Shown here piece after piece: positions 23,401 to 34,308 of a stretch of DNA of 64,000 nt. Source of the stretch: Alloascoidea hylecoeti (Eukaryota); the NCBI GenBank assembly GCA_001600815.1, contig BCKZ01000025.1, positions 62,001-126,000 of the forward strand, given 5' to 3'. Numbering within the stretch: position 1 is the first letter of the stretch; the number at the start of each line of letters is the position of its first letter. The position numbers were made by a program, and so were the translations under genes. The notes beneath the pieces are model-generated. The model saw only the letters and a program-made list of their open reading frames with translations, made no database searches and had not been told where the DNA came from.

Positions 23401-24834
23401 ACTAAAAAAGAAGATATTGAAAAACTTGAATATGCTGATATGAAAGATGGTGAAAGATCTTTTTATCAATCCATTAGAGAATATGTACTTAAGCAGGCAA
23501 CCAAACTGGCAAATGCTCGATCTAAGAAGCATATGGCGGAATTACTAGAAAAACCAATTGGTGATGATTATGAAGGTATTGATTTTGATGAATTAGTACC
23601 CATCGCCTGTAAAAGAGCAGTTAATCAAATAGCTAAAATCTCGGAACCAATGATTAGAAAATTTATTGAAATTTGCTTCACTAAATATAGAAAGGCAAAA
23701 GTTGAACCTGGTACAGCTGTTGGTGCTATAGGTGCACATTCCATTGGTGAACCAGGAACACAGATGACTTTAAAAACTTTCCATTTTGCTGGTGTTGCTT
23801 CTATGAATATTACATTAGGTGTCCCACGTATTAAAGAAATTATTAATGCTTCAAAAGTTATTAGTACTCCAATTATTACCGCAGTACTTGTCAATGATGA
23901 TGATGAAAGAGCAGCGAGAGTAGTAAAAGGTAGAATTGAAAAAACATCATTAGAAGATATTGTATTTTTCATTGAAGATATATATACAGAAAATCAAGCA
24001 TTTTTAAGTGTTAAAGTTGATTTAAAAACTATCGAAAGATTACAATTAGAATTAAAAATTGAAGATATAGTTCGAGCAATATGGAAAGCACCAAAATTAA
24101 AAATTGATCAAGGTGATGTTCAAATCATTAGTAAAAATAGAATAAATATTAGAATTGGTGATATTGGGATACCAAAAAGTCGAACAACTGCTCCTACAAT
24201 AAACACACCAACAAGACGTGTTCAAGCAAATTTATTTTATCGGGTTCAAGCATTGAAACGTGTTTTACCTGGTATTGTTGTTAAAGGTCTCTCTGAAGTT
24301 GCAAGAGCTGTTATCGCTATTCGAGATAAAGATAATAAGAAAGAATTATTAGTAGAAGGTTATGGACTAAAGGAGGTAATGGCTACGGATGGTGTTATAG
24401 GAACTAAAACAGCAACAAATCACGTTCTTGAAGTTGCTCAAACTTTGGGTATTGAAGCTGCTAGAGGTAGTATTATTAGAGAGATTGAATATACTATGGG
24501 TAGTCACGGTATGTCTGTTGACCCGCGTCATTTCCAATTATTAGGAGATGTGATGACATATAAAGGAGAGATCTTAGGTATTACCCGTTTTGGTCTTGCT
24601 AAAATGAGAGATAGTGTATTACAGTTGGCAAGTTTTGAGAAAACTACAGATCATTTGTTTGACGCCGCTTTTTACATGAAGAAAGATCTTATAGAAGGTG
24701 TTAGTGAATGTATTATTTTAGGACAAACCATGACAATTGGTACAGGTTCATTCAAGGTTACAAAGAAAACTAGTTTTGGGTGCTCTGAAAAAAGAATACC
24801 ACTATTTGAAAGGTTGTGTATGTTAAATATTTAA
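20473..24834 (+). CDS. RPO31: RNA polymerase III largest subunit (Rpc1/C160)
   Basis: [76 protein letters not shown]; no CTD heptads. Confidence 0.98.
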   Translation: [1453 protein letters not shown]

Positions 24835-24962
24835 ATATCGTCATATTAATTAACGAGAGTCTAGCTTTAGCGCTATTTTCATATTTTCAGAACATATTAG
24901 CCAGAGGTTTGGGAACATTTGAGTAATAGCATGAGATTGCTTATTATCTAGGAGATTGATTA

Positions 24963-25350
24963 GGCTCTCTCCAGGTAACTATGTCAAAAGTAATAAAACT
25001 TTAATTCATTATTTTTTACCAAAAGGTCAACTTGCATCAGTTGGCCATATCTGCTCCACACCGGTATTCAAGGATTACGATGTATAGAGAAATATGTGCT
25101 GCTACATATTACTGTATACAACCAATATGCACATGCATTACATGTGGGTATCATTTAATTGTCCATAATATCCTCTTGCATGCATTATTTACGTGAATAA
25201 GACTTGACTAAATACATACAAATTTGATAAAATTTAAGTCATTTATTACGCTGTTCACCCACGACCATAGTTGCAGATTGGATTCAATTACATAATATTA
25301 CATAATGGTGCACTAGTTATGTCCTGTTTATGTCACCGCTGGAGAGAGCC
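24963..25350. mobile_element. Candidate non-autonomous MITE, PIF/Harbinger (Tourist)-like
   Basis: Perfect 12-bp terminal inverted repeat GGCTCTCTCCAG...CTGGAGAGAGCC with TTA on both flanks (24960-24962, 25351-25353) and a non-coding interior. Confidence 0.5.
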
Positions 25351-26171
25351 TTATTTAGTGATAAAGATATAACTATATTGATCATTTTCATTAATCCACT
25401 TGGTGCAGATTTTAGACTTATTGGCCAAATGTGTTACGCAGCATAGTGTTGCATACTCTATTACTCATATAGATACATGCATAGTTATAATTAGCGCTTA
25501 GGAATTCACTAAACTTTACAACAAAAGACAGATACAGCTGTACTGGCTACACTACGGTTAACGTTACTGTGTACATGCTCGTACCTTCATCGTAATTGTT
25601 GGTTGCAGTTAGATAAAAAAGCTTTAATATTTCTTAATATCAAACCCAATTATAATCTCTTGAAACCTTTTCGCCTTTCATCTCCTTGAGAAGACTTCCA
25701 TTATGTAACCCCGATTATTTTAACTCTAAAACCCAAACTTAAATATTTTAAACAGATAACCAATAAAACCATTTTAATTAATTTGCAGCTGGCTTTTTAA
25801 AATTATCTTTCCAAGTTTGTTGAAATTATTTCCTCATTTGTTTAAGGTTCAATACTAGTTCTATTTTTCCTTATTTTTTTAAATCTGGCTGCCAATAAAC
25901 ATTTCTAAATAGTGTTCTATTAATATTAACCAAAGCCTATTAATTACTTCATTTATCGCTATATGCATACATAGTTTACGGTCTTCTGAGTTAATTTAAA
26001 CTGAATAAAAAATAATCCGGCCGGTTTTTTTTTGTGGATTTGTTTTTTAGATACCATACTCCCTCTAAAAAGATGATTGTATTATAAGCAACCACTGAAT
26101 ACGAAAACATCTTAAATTGTTCATAAAGTAGTCCATATTGTTGCGTAAATATATAAAATGACCTTTTAAAT

Positions 26172-27150
26172 ATAGTATTTAGTGTTGGCACTATTAACGC
26201 CATAAACGGCTGCCAATCAGATCATCAAAGATATCCTGATCCATGAGGTCCCAATTGCGATTGAAGGAAACATAAATATTTAGGTTGTTCTTGTGTACAA
26301 GTGAATACTCGCAACTCCTGCTTTGTGATACACTTTTATGAGGATATTCCAATTGCAAATGCGCTCAATTGTATTCAGGTTCCCTGAAAAAGGCAGCCAT
26401 CCCAAAACCTCTATCTCATTGTCACAAAACATCGTGATTTCAGATTTATGGATAGGTATGCACGATTATAATTATTAGACCATCAGGAATCTATTCAATG
26501 ACCTCCTCCAAAAGTTTTACGTGGGAACTTGTGGTGACTCCTTTTTTCTAATGCCAGGACCTAACTATATATTAGCTATTCTATGGCTAAAAAGTGAAGC
26601 ACCGTCTCTGATTCAAATTTCAGTCCATATGATAATTCTTTTAGACCCAGACTTAATTATATAATAAATATTTTGAAGTTCAAAGGCCTGGAATGACTGT
26701 TGCAATTGTCGAGATATATATACTTTTCCAGATCTGGATCCTGCAAGGACCGAACATTCGTCAGCAAATACAGCACTACTCTAATCTATTTTTGGATTAA
26801 ATTTTTTTATTCCTCTAGTTCTTCTCATTCAGAAAAGGGCATTTTATTTTTGAAACCACTCCATATTCATTTTTAGGTAGTCGTTCATATCGTAATGTTA
26901 AACTTTGAAGCCGGCTCTCGAAACGTAATCAAAGGGGAAGCTTGTAAAACCCTCAGAATCCGATTTACCTCCCTTTCAGTAAGCTCTATATACGTTTTAA
27001 TTCGAGAAGGTATTATGCCAGAAAAGTTATTGATATATAGTGAACTGAGGCATATTAATATTAGACCCTAGGCCTATTTCAGCAATTGAGAAGTCATTTT
27101 TACTCAGATTACATATTTTAATCCACTTGTTCGAAATTTCTTTTTAGAAT
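26172..27150 (-). mobile_element. Tc1/mariner (IS630-Tc1) transposase fossil with many stops and frameshifts
   Basis: Ordered motifs on the minus strand: KEISNKWIKICNLSKNDFSIAEIG; LTEREVNRILRVLQASPLITFRE; D*SSAVFADECS..GKVYISR; IKSGSKRIIIW; PIHKS; IEVLGWLPFSGNLNTIERI; WDLMDQDIFDDLIGS..NTKY. Confidence 0.88.
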
Positions 27151-29369
27151 TAAAATTATGTGAAATCTTTGCAGAATTCTAGAAATCATCCTATATAAGC
27201 CTATATTTTAAAGTCTTTTTGAGCAGTATCCAAAAAGCTCAGCAACTTTAATCCAGAACCAGCTGTGCACTCTTACATATATTATACAGTTAAGTTTGGG
27301 GATGAGGTATGAAAACTCAATTGAAAATTGATTTGTATAAAGTTAATCGAATCATCATGAATGATAACTGTACGGTATAATTGCATTCATATGATGTAGT
27401 GGTAAAATGAATTATTTCTCCGGTGAAATTAATTCAAACAAATCAAAATTTACAATAATTCAATCAATTTCACTTAAAAAGTACTAGCTAACAGATTGTC
27501 ACGGGCTATCGTACAAGTTACTACGGTTCCTGAATAGAAAATCAATGATAGTCTAGCTGATCTTTTTAATTGATTTTCTTAAGCTTTCTTTATTTAAGTT
27601 TAAGTTATCTAGTTACACGTCCAGTAATTAAAGCTTATAATGGAAAAACATTGTACTAACTGAAATTTATTTGGCTTTCTCTTTATATTATATTATTTTT
27701 CGGGTGAACTTTCTGTAGAGGAGATCTTAAATGGTTTTTATTGTGTTTTTTGAATATGTTATATCTATATGGAATTAGAACTAGATGTAGTATAGGTATA
27801 TAATAATTACCGAAGTTATTAGCTATAAGTTATAAGTTTATACTTAATTATAATCTTGCCATACTATACCCAGATATATATTAGTTTTCTTGATAAAGAT
27901 ATGTTTGGGGTATTGTAATAGTAATGGAATATAGTGCCTAGTGCCACCCATTTTTGATCCACAAAACTAATTGTTATAACGTCATATGCAACATGTTCGG
28001 TAGCGGCACAATATGTTGCAACTGTTATTTCTATGCGCATGTATGCAGGTGAACTGAAGTGATGCACATAATTCCTTGAACGGCTGACCGCTAATATGCA
28101 TATACATATGCATAGATATTTGAAGATATATTATATTATGTGGTATATTATGTGTATTATATGGTTTATTATTGGTTTATTACAAGGGACATTTACTATA
28201 GTATAATTATACTACTTTAGTTTACCTATATCATTAATAATAATACTGAAGTTCATATATTCATACATTTGTGTATTAATGCTAGTTATAATTATCTACA
28301 CTCCAATTTGCCTATAAGCTCATACTCATAACCTGTTAAATTCTAGATACCCACGAACTCTTCCTTTGATGTAAACTCTAAATACTTTGTAAGTTTATAC
28401 CTATATTAATAGTCATAACTCTTATTCTTTTACTGGAGAGTCATTCTAATAATAATGATTCTATTAATTTCTATACATGTTCTTTCAATTTAAACTTTTT
28501 AAATGATATATAACCGACACAATAGATTCTATATCTTAATTCATTTCATTCCACACTATTCTAGTATATCACAATATCTTTTTAAAGTAATGTAAACCAA
28601 TCTTATACTTTAACAGTGCTAAGATATGAAAAAAAAACTCTCAATTATGGTTTAAATTGTGTTTTTCCTCTATGCATGTTCCATAGGTTTATTGAGTGCC
28701 CAATATGCCATACGTTATCCATGTAGCCACAACACGGAATTAGGTAGATATGGGGCGAATATGACATAAACTCTAGAAGATTTATTTGCAGTCTATTGAG
28801 ATTGTCAAACAAATAAATGATAATTTTGCTTAATGTTAGTGATATTTCTCTATAATGATCTTATTTTACCTAAAAACTTCTATTCAAATTTTGAATTTAT
28901 TTTGTATTACAACGTGCGTGGAGCATATAATACATATTATTGGGTATATATACATAATTATAGTTAAAAGTAAGTCAAACTGTAAACCTCTTTAAGTTGA
29001 GCTCAACGTGCAACACTTCAATATAATTACCTTAATGGTAATATATACCGCTGTAACACATGCAAATGTTGAAGAATTCTATCAATATATTTAGTACTTC
29101 ATTTTCCGGATTCAGATTTTAAATGGATCTAGGTATATGCATAGTGCGATCATGATATATCAAATAAATCATAATTATAAGACTATGTCTTAAAATGAGG
29201 ATCACAAATATGAAAAACGTGATATTATAAGATTTTATATACTTTTGTAGTGTTATTACTTAATTCCTATATAGATTAAAAAAATCTCTATAAAAAAGAA
29301 TGAATTTTCCCTATATTTTAATATTTACTAGAACAATAATAGTTGATTATATTCATTATAGCTACAGTT

Positions 29370-30800
29370 ATGAAGCTCTTATCAATTGCATCATCAGTAC
29401 TTTTTTCCACTGCTGTTTTAGCAGACGGCTCTTTTTTACTCTCAGATAAGGGTGCAAGCGCTCTTGGAGCTTTACAAGCTTATGCTGAAATTCAAAGTCA
29501 AGGTTACTCTGCCACCAACCCTGACGACTATGCTGTTCCATCAGAGCTTCTTGCCTATCCTCCCACCGCCGATCAAATATCTCTAACTCATGTCATTGAC
29601 AATGCTTCTCCTTTGAGTATTTCTGCAGGATTTTACTTGAACAATGCAGCAAAGGAACTTATCATTTCGTTTACTAGTGCAGCTGGATTATCAGATTATT
29701 TAAGTGATGAAGCAAAACAGTTGATTCCATACACATTTATAGCATCCGGAAACATTACAGAAAATATTGATGCTCTTGTGCATTCTGGCGCATTTGCTGC
29801 TTTTCAGACTATTTGGAAAGAAATTGAACAGGTGGTTGCCGATATCTCTGGAAAAATTCCCGGTTTAAATCTTACAGTTCTTGGACACTCAATTGGTGGA
29901 CCAATTGCGGGCTTATCAGGTTTAGAGTTGGCCAGATCAGGATATAACACCAAAGTCATTACTTATGGCTCTCCAAGATTTGGTGACAGCGCTTTATCTC
30001 AATTGATTGATAACGTCTTCAACCACAACGACGCATTTGAAAAACTTTCTCAAGGAATTATCTCCGGTTTCATTCGTCATACTCATGACTTTGATATTGT
30101 TACAGCCTTACCCATCGATAATTATGCACCAAACGGTTTAAAGATATTTCTCAATAATGAACAATTTCCTGTTCGTACAAACAATGTGGCTGTCTGTGCT
30201 CCAGGTGCTTTGACTTGTGACGGATTAGAGAAACTAAACCCACCAGACCTCTCCATTGGAAACATTTTCGGTGCTTTAACTTCCCTTTATAACAGTCATG
30301 CATCCTATTATACTTTCCAAGTTCCTGGAAATTCTAGGATGTTGGACACAGTTGATAGATTCAAAAAAGCTGACGATGCTGCCACTAATTTACCATTCTC
30401 ATTCCCAACTGGCAGTTTGCCATTCCCATTCCCAACTGGAGGCCTTCCATTCTCAGCTCCTACTGGTGGTTTACCATTCCCATTCCCTACTGGCTTAGGA
30501 CAGCCATTCCCAATCCCACTTCCAAATTTCAGTCCTGTTGGAGCTTTGCCAAGTGACCCTATTATCACATGCCCTGGTGGATTCAAACTCCCACCACCAT
30601 CTGATCATCTCATTAGCGTCATTTCAAGGTTCATTGCTCTATTCTTCTTCTTGGGAATTGATTTCTTCCTTAATATCATCCCATTTTTTCCTGCTTGTTT
30701 CACACAAGATTCAGTCAAATGCTTCTCGTTCTTATACAAGAGGGTTGACGAAATTTTGACTATCGTCAGAATTGTTATCTTTGGTAATTCTGGTCTCTAA
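29370..30800 (+). CDS. Secreted class-3 lipase with Pro/Gly/Phe repeat and hydrophobic C-terminal extension
   Basis: Signal peptide MKLLSIASSVLFSTAVLA; VHSG, VLGHSIGG, TYGSPRFGD, RHTHDFDIVTALP, HASY. Confidence 0.85.
   Translation: MKLLSIASSVLFSTAVLADGSFLLSDKGASALGALQAYAEIQSQGYSATNPDDYAVPSELLAYPPTADQISLTHVIDNASPLSISAGFYLNNAAKELIISFTSAAGLSDYLSDEAKQLIPYTFIASGNITENIDALVHSGAFAAFQTIWKEIEQVVADISGKIPGLNLTVLGHSIGGPIAGLSGLELARSGYNTKVITYGSPRFGDSALSQLIDNVFNHNDAFEKLSQGIISGFIRHTHDFDIVTALPIDNYAPNGLKIFLNNEQFPVRTNNVAVCAPGALTCDGLEKLNPPDLSIGNIFGALTSLYNSHASYYTFQVPGNSRMLDTVDRFKKADDAATNLPFSFPTGSLPFPFPTGGLPFSAPTGGLPFPFPTGLGQPFPIPLPNFSPVGALPSDPIITCPGGFKLPPPSDHLISVISRFIALFFFLGIDFFLNIIPFFPACFTQDSVKCFSFLYKRVDEILTIVRIVIFGNSGL
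30390..30494 (+). repeat. 27-bp coding tandem repeat (LPFxFPTGG x4) in the lipase
   Basis: LPFSFPTGS LPFPFPTGG LPFSAPTGG LPFPFPTG. Confidence 0.9.
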
Positions 30801-31115
30801 ATTCTTCATTATATTTAGACTTTTTTTTGTTTGTTGTTCTATGATTATATAGTATTATAATTATGATTGTTTTATAGATTTTTAACTTTAATTAATGTTT
30901 TTGTTTTCTAAAATACTCAGTTGATCCAAATTAATTACTATAATATATGATATTTATTAGTAATCAATATTGATAATATCAGGGGTTATCAATATTAATA
31001 TTTAATTCCAATTAAGTTTAAATTTAAATTTTTGGAAGTAAACACCCATTCTATTATCGGACTCATCAGTAGCATTCAATACTCTTCTCTACGTTATCTC
31101 CACCCACCAAACTAA

Positions 31116-31832
31116 ATGAGATTATTATTTTTTCCAATCATTACCAGTCTTCTGATTTTAAGTGACTTTGTAGGAGCAAAGAGGGTGTTCAAACTCCCAA
31201 CTATTGATATCGATTCAGATCTTGAGAAGCGAGATCAACGATTTGACATGCCCGAAAGATTATCGGACCAGGAGGCTATTAGACCCAACGAAGGTTTGTA
31301 TGCCGATGTCACCCCCGGTGGCGAAGACCCCAGAACTGGTACGACTCTGTTGCAAACATCATTAGTCTTGGAACGAGGAATATCAGTTTTTTCCTCTTAT
31401 CTTAGAAATAATGTTCAACTGAGTGCTAGGTGCAATGATGATAGTTTTATGACTACTATTTTCGCACCCTCCAACAAAGCTTTATCAACACTGAGTTCCA
31501 AGCCTTGGGAATTCCCGCAGGAGATTGATACAAGCTACCCAGAAAATGCTGATAAAATAGCTCAAGCAAATATTGAAGATTTTATTCAAAATCATATAGC
31601 CTTTTCTGGTCTTGATTTGTTACCTTTGAAGAACAATGAAGTTAAATCTATTACTATAAGAACCGAGGATAATCATCAGATTGAAGTCTGCCTCATCGAC
31701 GGCCAATTATTTATCACTCCAACTGGACTTAAGAAACCCGCTAAACCCATTACGGTCTCTAATATTAGAGAGGCTGGAAATGGCATCATTCTGGTTATCG
31801 ATGGGACTTTGTCTTGGCCTGGAAAACATTAA
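31116..31832 (+). CDS. Secreted FAS1 (fasciclin)-domain protein, YDR262W-like
   Basis: Signal peptide, KR site, ISVFSSYLR, TIFAPSNKALSTLSSKPWEFP, NIEDFIQNHI, NGIILVIDGTL. Confidence 0.85.
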   Translation: MRLLFFPIITSLLILSDFVGAKRVFKLPTIDIDSDLEKRDQRFDMPERLSDQEAIRPNEGLYADVTPGGEDPRTGTTLLQTSLVLERGISVFSSYLRNNVQLSARCNDDSFMTTIFAPSNKALSTLSSKPWEFPQEIDTSYPENADKIAQANIEDFIQNHIAFSGLDLLPLKNNEVKSITIRTEDNHQIEVCLIDGQLFITPTGLKKPAKPITVSNIREAGNGIILVIDGTLSWPGKH

Positions 31833-32070
31833 GCTATACAGATACAGCTCTCGTTAGAAAGGGATTTATATACAAATAGTCGTTCTTTTTATGTATAGAA
31901 ATATCTTAACTTTTATTTATCTATTTTAATGCATTTATTATTGTTGTTGTTATAAATCTAGTATATTCATTGTAAAAATATAGGCCTAAATGTCGGTGAC
32001 ACTGACAACCATCCAGACACCATATTACACCCACTTCCAAGTTTCAACAGATTATTCAAATCACCCACAG

Positions 32071-34308
32071 ATGCCAATCAAAAGGATAGAAAGCTCTTCA
32101 GCCAATTTTGTGGTATCATCTTCAGCAATTGCAACTCCCGTTTCGGTTGTTAAGGAGCTCATAGATAACTCACTTGACGCGAACGCGACATCTGTCATTG
32201 TTGAAGTCGACACAACATCTATCGCGTACATTCAATGTCAAGACAATGGCAGTGGAGTAATGCCAGGAGAAGACAGAAAAATGATGGCTTGCAACTCTAC
32301 AACTTCCAAGATCTCATCGTTTGAAGATATTAGAAATGTCGCGACACTTGGTTTTCGTGGCGAAGCATTGTTTTTCATGTCACAACTAGTGAATAATGGA
32401 GGGAAAATGGAAATTTCCACACGTACCAAATCAGATCCAGTAGCTGAAAAATGGAAAGTGGGATTAGACGGCCGTCCTGTTGGTGGTTTCTCGAAGATTA
32501 GCTCACCTATTGGCACCACAATTACTTTACGAAATATATTTTCGTCATTACCTGTTAGAAAACGATTTCATATTAAGAATTCTAAGAAATATATCTCTAA
32601 AATTAGGAAATTGCTTATATCATATTCTCTTGTCTTTCCAACTGTTAGATTTGTCTTTAAACAGGTTCGGATGTCTAATAATGATAAAAAATTATCTACA
32701 ATTGGGATGGATATAGTTCTGAATCCAACAAAATCTTTAATCTCCAAAGTTATAGCTGCTTATGGTACAAAAATGATAGGTGAACTGATTGAAGGGAAAA
32801 TATCTAACATCAACAGTTACGATTCTTGGGAGCTGCAGTATGTGATTTCGAAGCCGTCACCACATGTTTCTACAGAGCGAGGCATCGCGTCAACAAAGAC
32901 TGTTATTATTAGTGTTAACAGTAGAATATTAAACCCTTCACTACCACTAGGGAAACTCATCACAAAAAAATTATCATCTATTCATAATGAGCTATTATGC
33001 CACCTACCAAGTTTTTGGTATCTCGGAATAGTGTGTCCTAATACAACCCTTGATGTAAATATTGAACCAGAGAAAAATGATATTTTATTTGGGAATAATG
33101 AAGAATTATTATCATTTATAGACGAGGGTATTTCTAGTGTTATAAAAGCAAACCTAAATCCAGAAGAAGAAAATATTGAAGACGAACAGCTGGGTGAAAG
33201 TATTGTAGATGAAGATATACAGCCACAACATCTTGCTCCAATAAGCAACAAAACTCCAACTTCAAATGATTTGAACCCTCCTACAACAAATAATTTAACA
33301 TTAAGTATAACGAATGAAATGGAAAATATTTCTAATACTACATCTGAAAAGCCAACCATAGATCCCACTTGGAAATACCACACGTATGACGCAATCAATC
33401 ACTCATCTCAGGAATTGGATAACCATCCAAGTTCCGATACTCGTTTTTCTAATGAAGATTTGGATCTGTCAACTAATATCAATCTCTCAAATCCGTTCAT
33501 CATGGCAAAAATGAATGCGTCACAAAAGAAAAAATCAACATCAACACAATCACCCATCACGGTAAATCCCCAACAATTATTCATAACGGAAGATGAGAGT
33601 GATTCTGAAAGTCTTGAAAATGAAAATGAGCATGAAAACACTCCTAATACAAGCTGTGAAATTAGACCTGCAATATTAAATAAAATCAACCATGGCTCCG
33701 CAAAATTAAATTTAAACAGGAATGATATATCAGTTAGAAGTATAAATATACCTGGGAATCATGTACCCTCAAAGAACCCCTTAAGTCAGAGAAAAGAGAA
33801 GGTACTTTCGACTCCAAATAACAAACACAAAAACCTCACTTCGATCTCTACTCCAGAGATTACAACCTTACTTCCTAGATGTCGGAAAGAATCATATTCT
33901 ACGGCTAGGCCTGGTTCTCAACCTAGAGCAATAGAATCTACTAATCATCGAATACAAACTGACTTAGATTCTGGATCAACAATTAATTATAAAGATCCAC
34001 TTGCTCTAAAGCCAATAAGAAATAGTAATAATTTGACGTGTGAAATAAATAAAAATATGAAAAGGGGTTATGAGTTATTGTTAACAGTTTCCGACCCAGA
34101 AAACAACAAGAAATTGAAATCAGTTTCTTTGAGAGAGATGAAATGGTCTGATCATTTCCCAATTTGCATTCCTGTCAGGGGTTCTGCAATTCGTCTTTTG
34201 CAAAGTCGAAGTGTTAATGGAATTATTAGAACTGATACGACTGAGTATGAGCTAAATCATCTAAAAGTTCGAAAACTTGACTTTGGATGGGACTTGTTAC
34301 ATTTTTAA
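32071..34308 (+). CDS. MLH2: MutL-family protein without the C-terminal endonuclease motif (Mlh2-like); alternative ATG at 31990
   Basis: GHKL motifs VKELIDNSLDA, DNGSG, TSKI, TLGFRGEAL; DVNIEPEK; no DQHA(X)2E(X)4E motif and no Mlh1-type FERC ending. Confidence 0.7.
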   Translation: MPIKRIESSSANFVVSSSAIATPVSVVKELIDNSLDANATSVIVEVDTTSIAYIQCQDNGSGVMPGEDRKMMACNSTTSKISSFEDIRNVATLGFRGEALFFMSQLVNNGGKMEISTRTKSDPVAEKWKVGLDGRPVGGFSKISSPIGTTITLRNIFSSLPVRKRFHIKNSKKYISKIRKLLISYSLVFPTVRFVFKQVRMSNNDKKLSTIGMDIVLNPTKSLISKVIAAYGTKMIGELIEGKISNINSYDSWELQYVISKPSPHVSTERGIASTKTVIISVNSRILNPSLPLGKLITKKLSSIHNELLCHLPSFWYLGIVCPNTTLDVNIEPEKNDILFGNNEELLSFIDEGISSVIKANLNPEEENIEDEQLGESIVDEDIQPQHLAPISNKTPTSNDLNPPTTNNLTLSITNEMENISNTTSEKPTIDPTWKYHTYDAINHSSQELDNHPSSDTRFSNEDLDLSTNINLSNPFIMAKMNASQKKKSTSTQSPITVNPQQLFITEDESDSESLENENEHENTPNTSCEIRPAILNKINHGSAKLNLNRNDISVRSINIPGNHVPSKNPLSQRKEKVLSTPNNKHKNLTSISTPEITTLLPRCRKESYSTARPGSQPRAIESTNHRIQTDLDSGSTINYKDPLALKPIRNSNNLTCEINKNMKRGYELLLTVSDPENNKKLKSVSLREMKWSDHFPICIPVRGSAIRLLQSRSVNGIIRTDTTEYELNHLKVRKLDFGWDLLHF

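Noticed and set aside
26172..27150. RIP-like mutation in TE relics (TGG>TAG, TpA-rich intergenic DNA)
   Set aside because: Too few polarised sites, and general AT bias explains it; would need a multi-copy alignment.
25530..27270. CAGCTG-starting sequences as TIRs of the Tc1 fossil
   Set aside because: Similarity is too short and patchy to call by eye.
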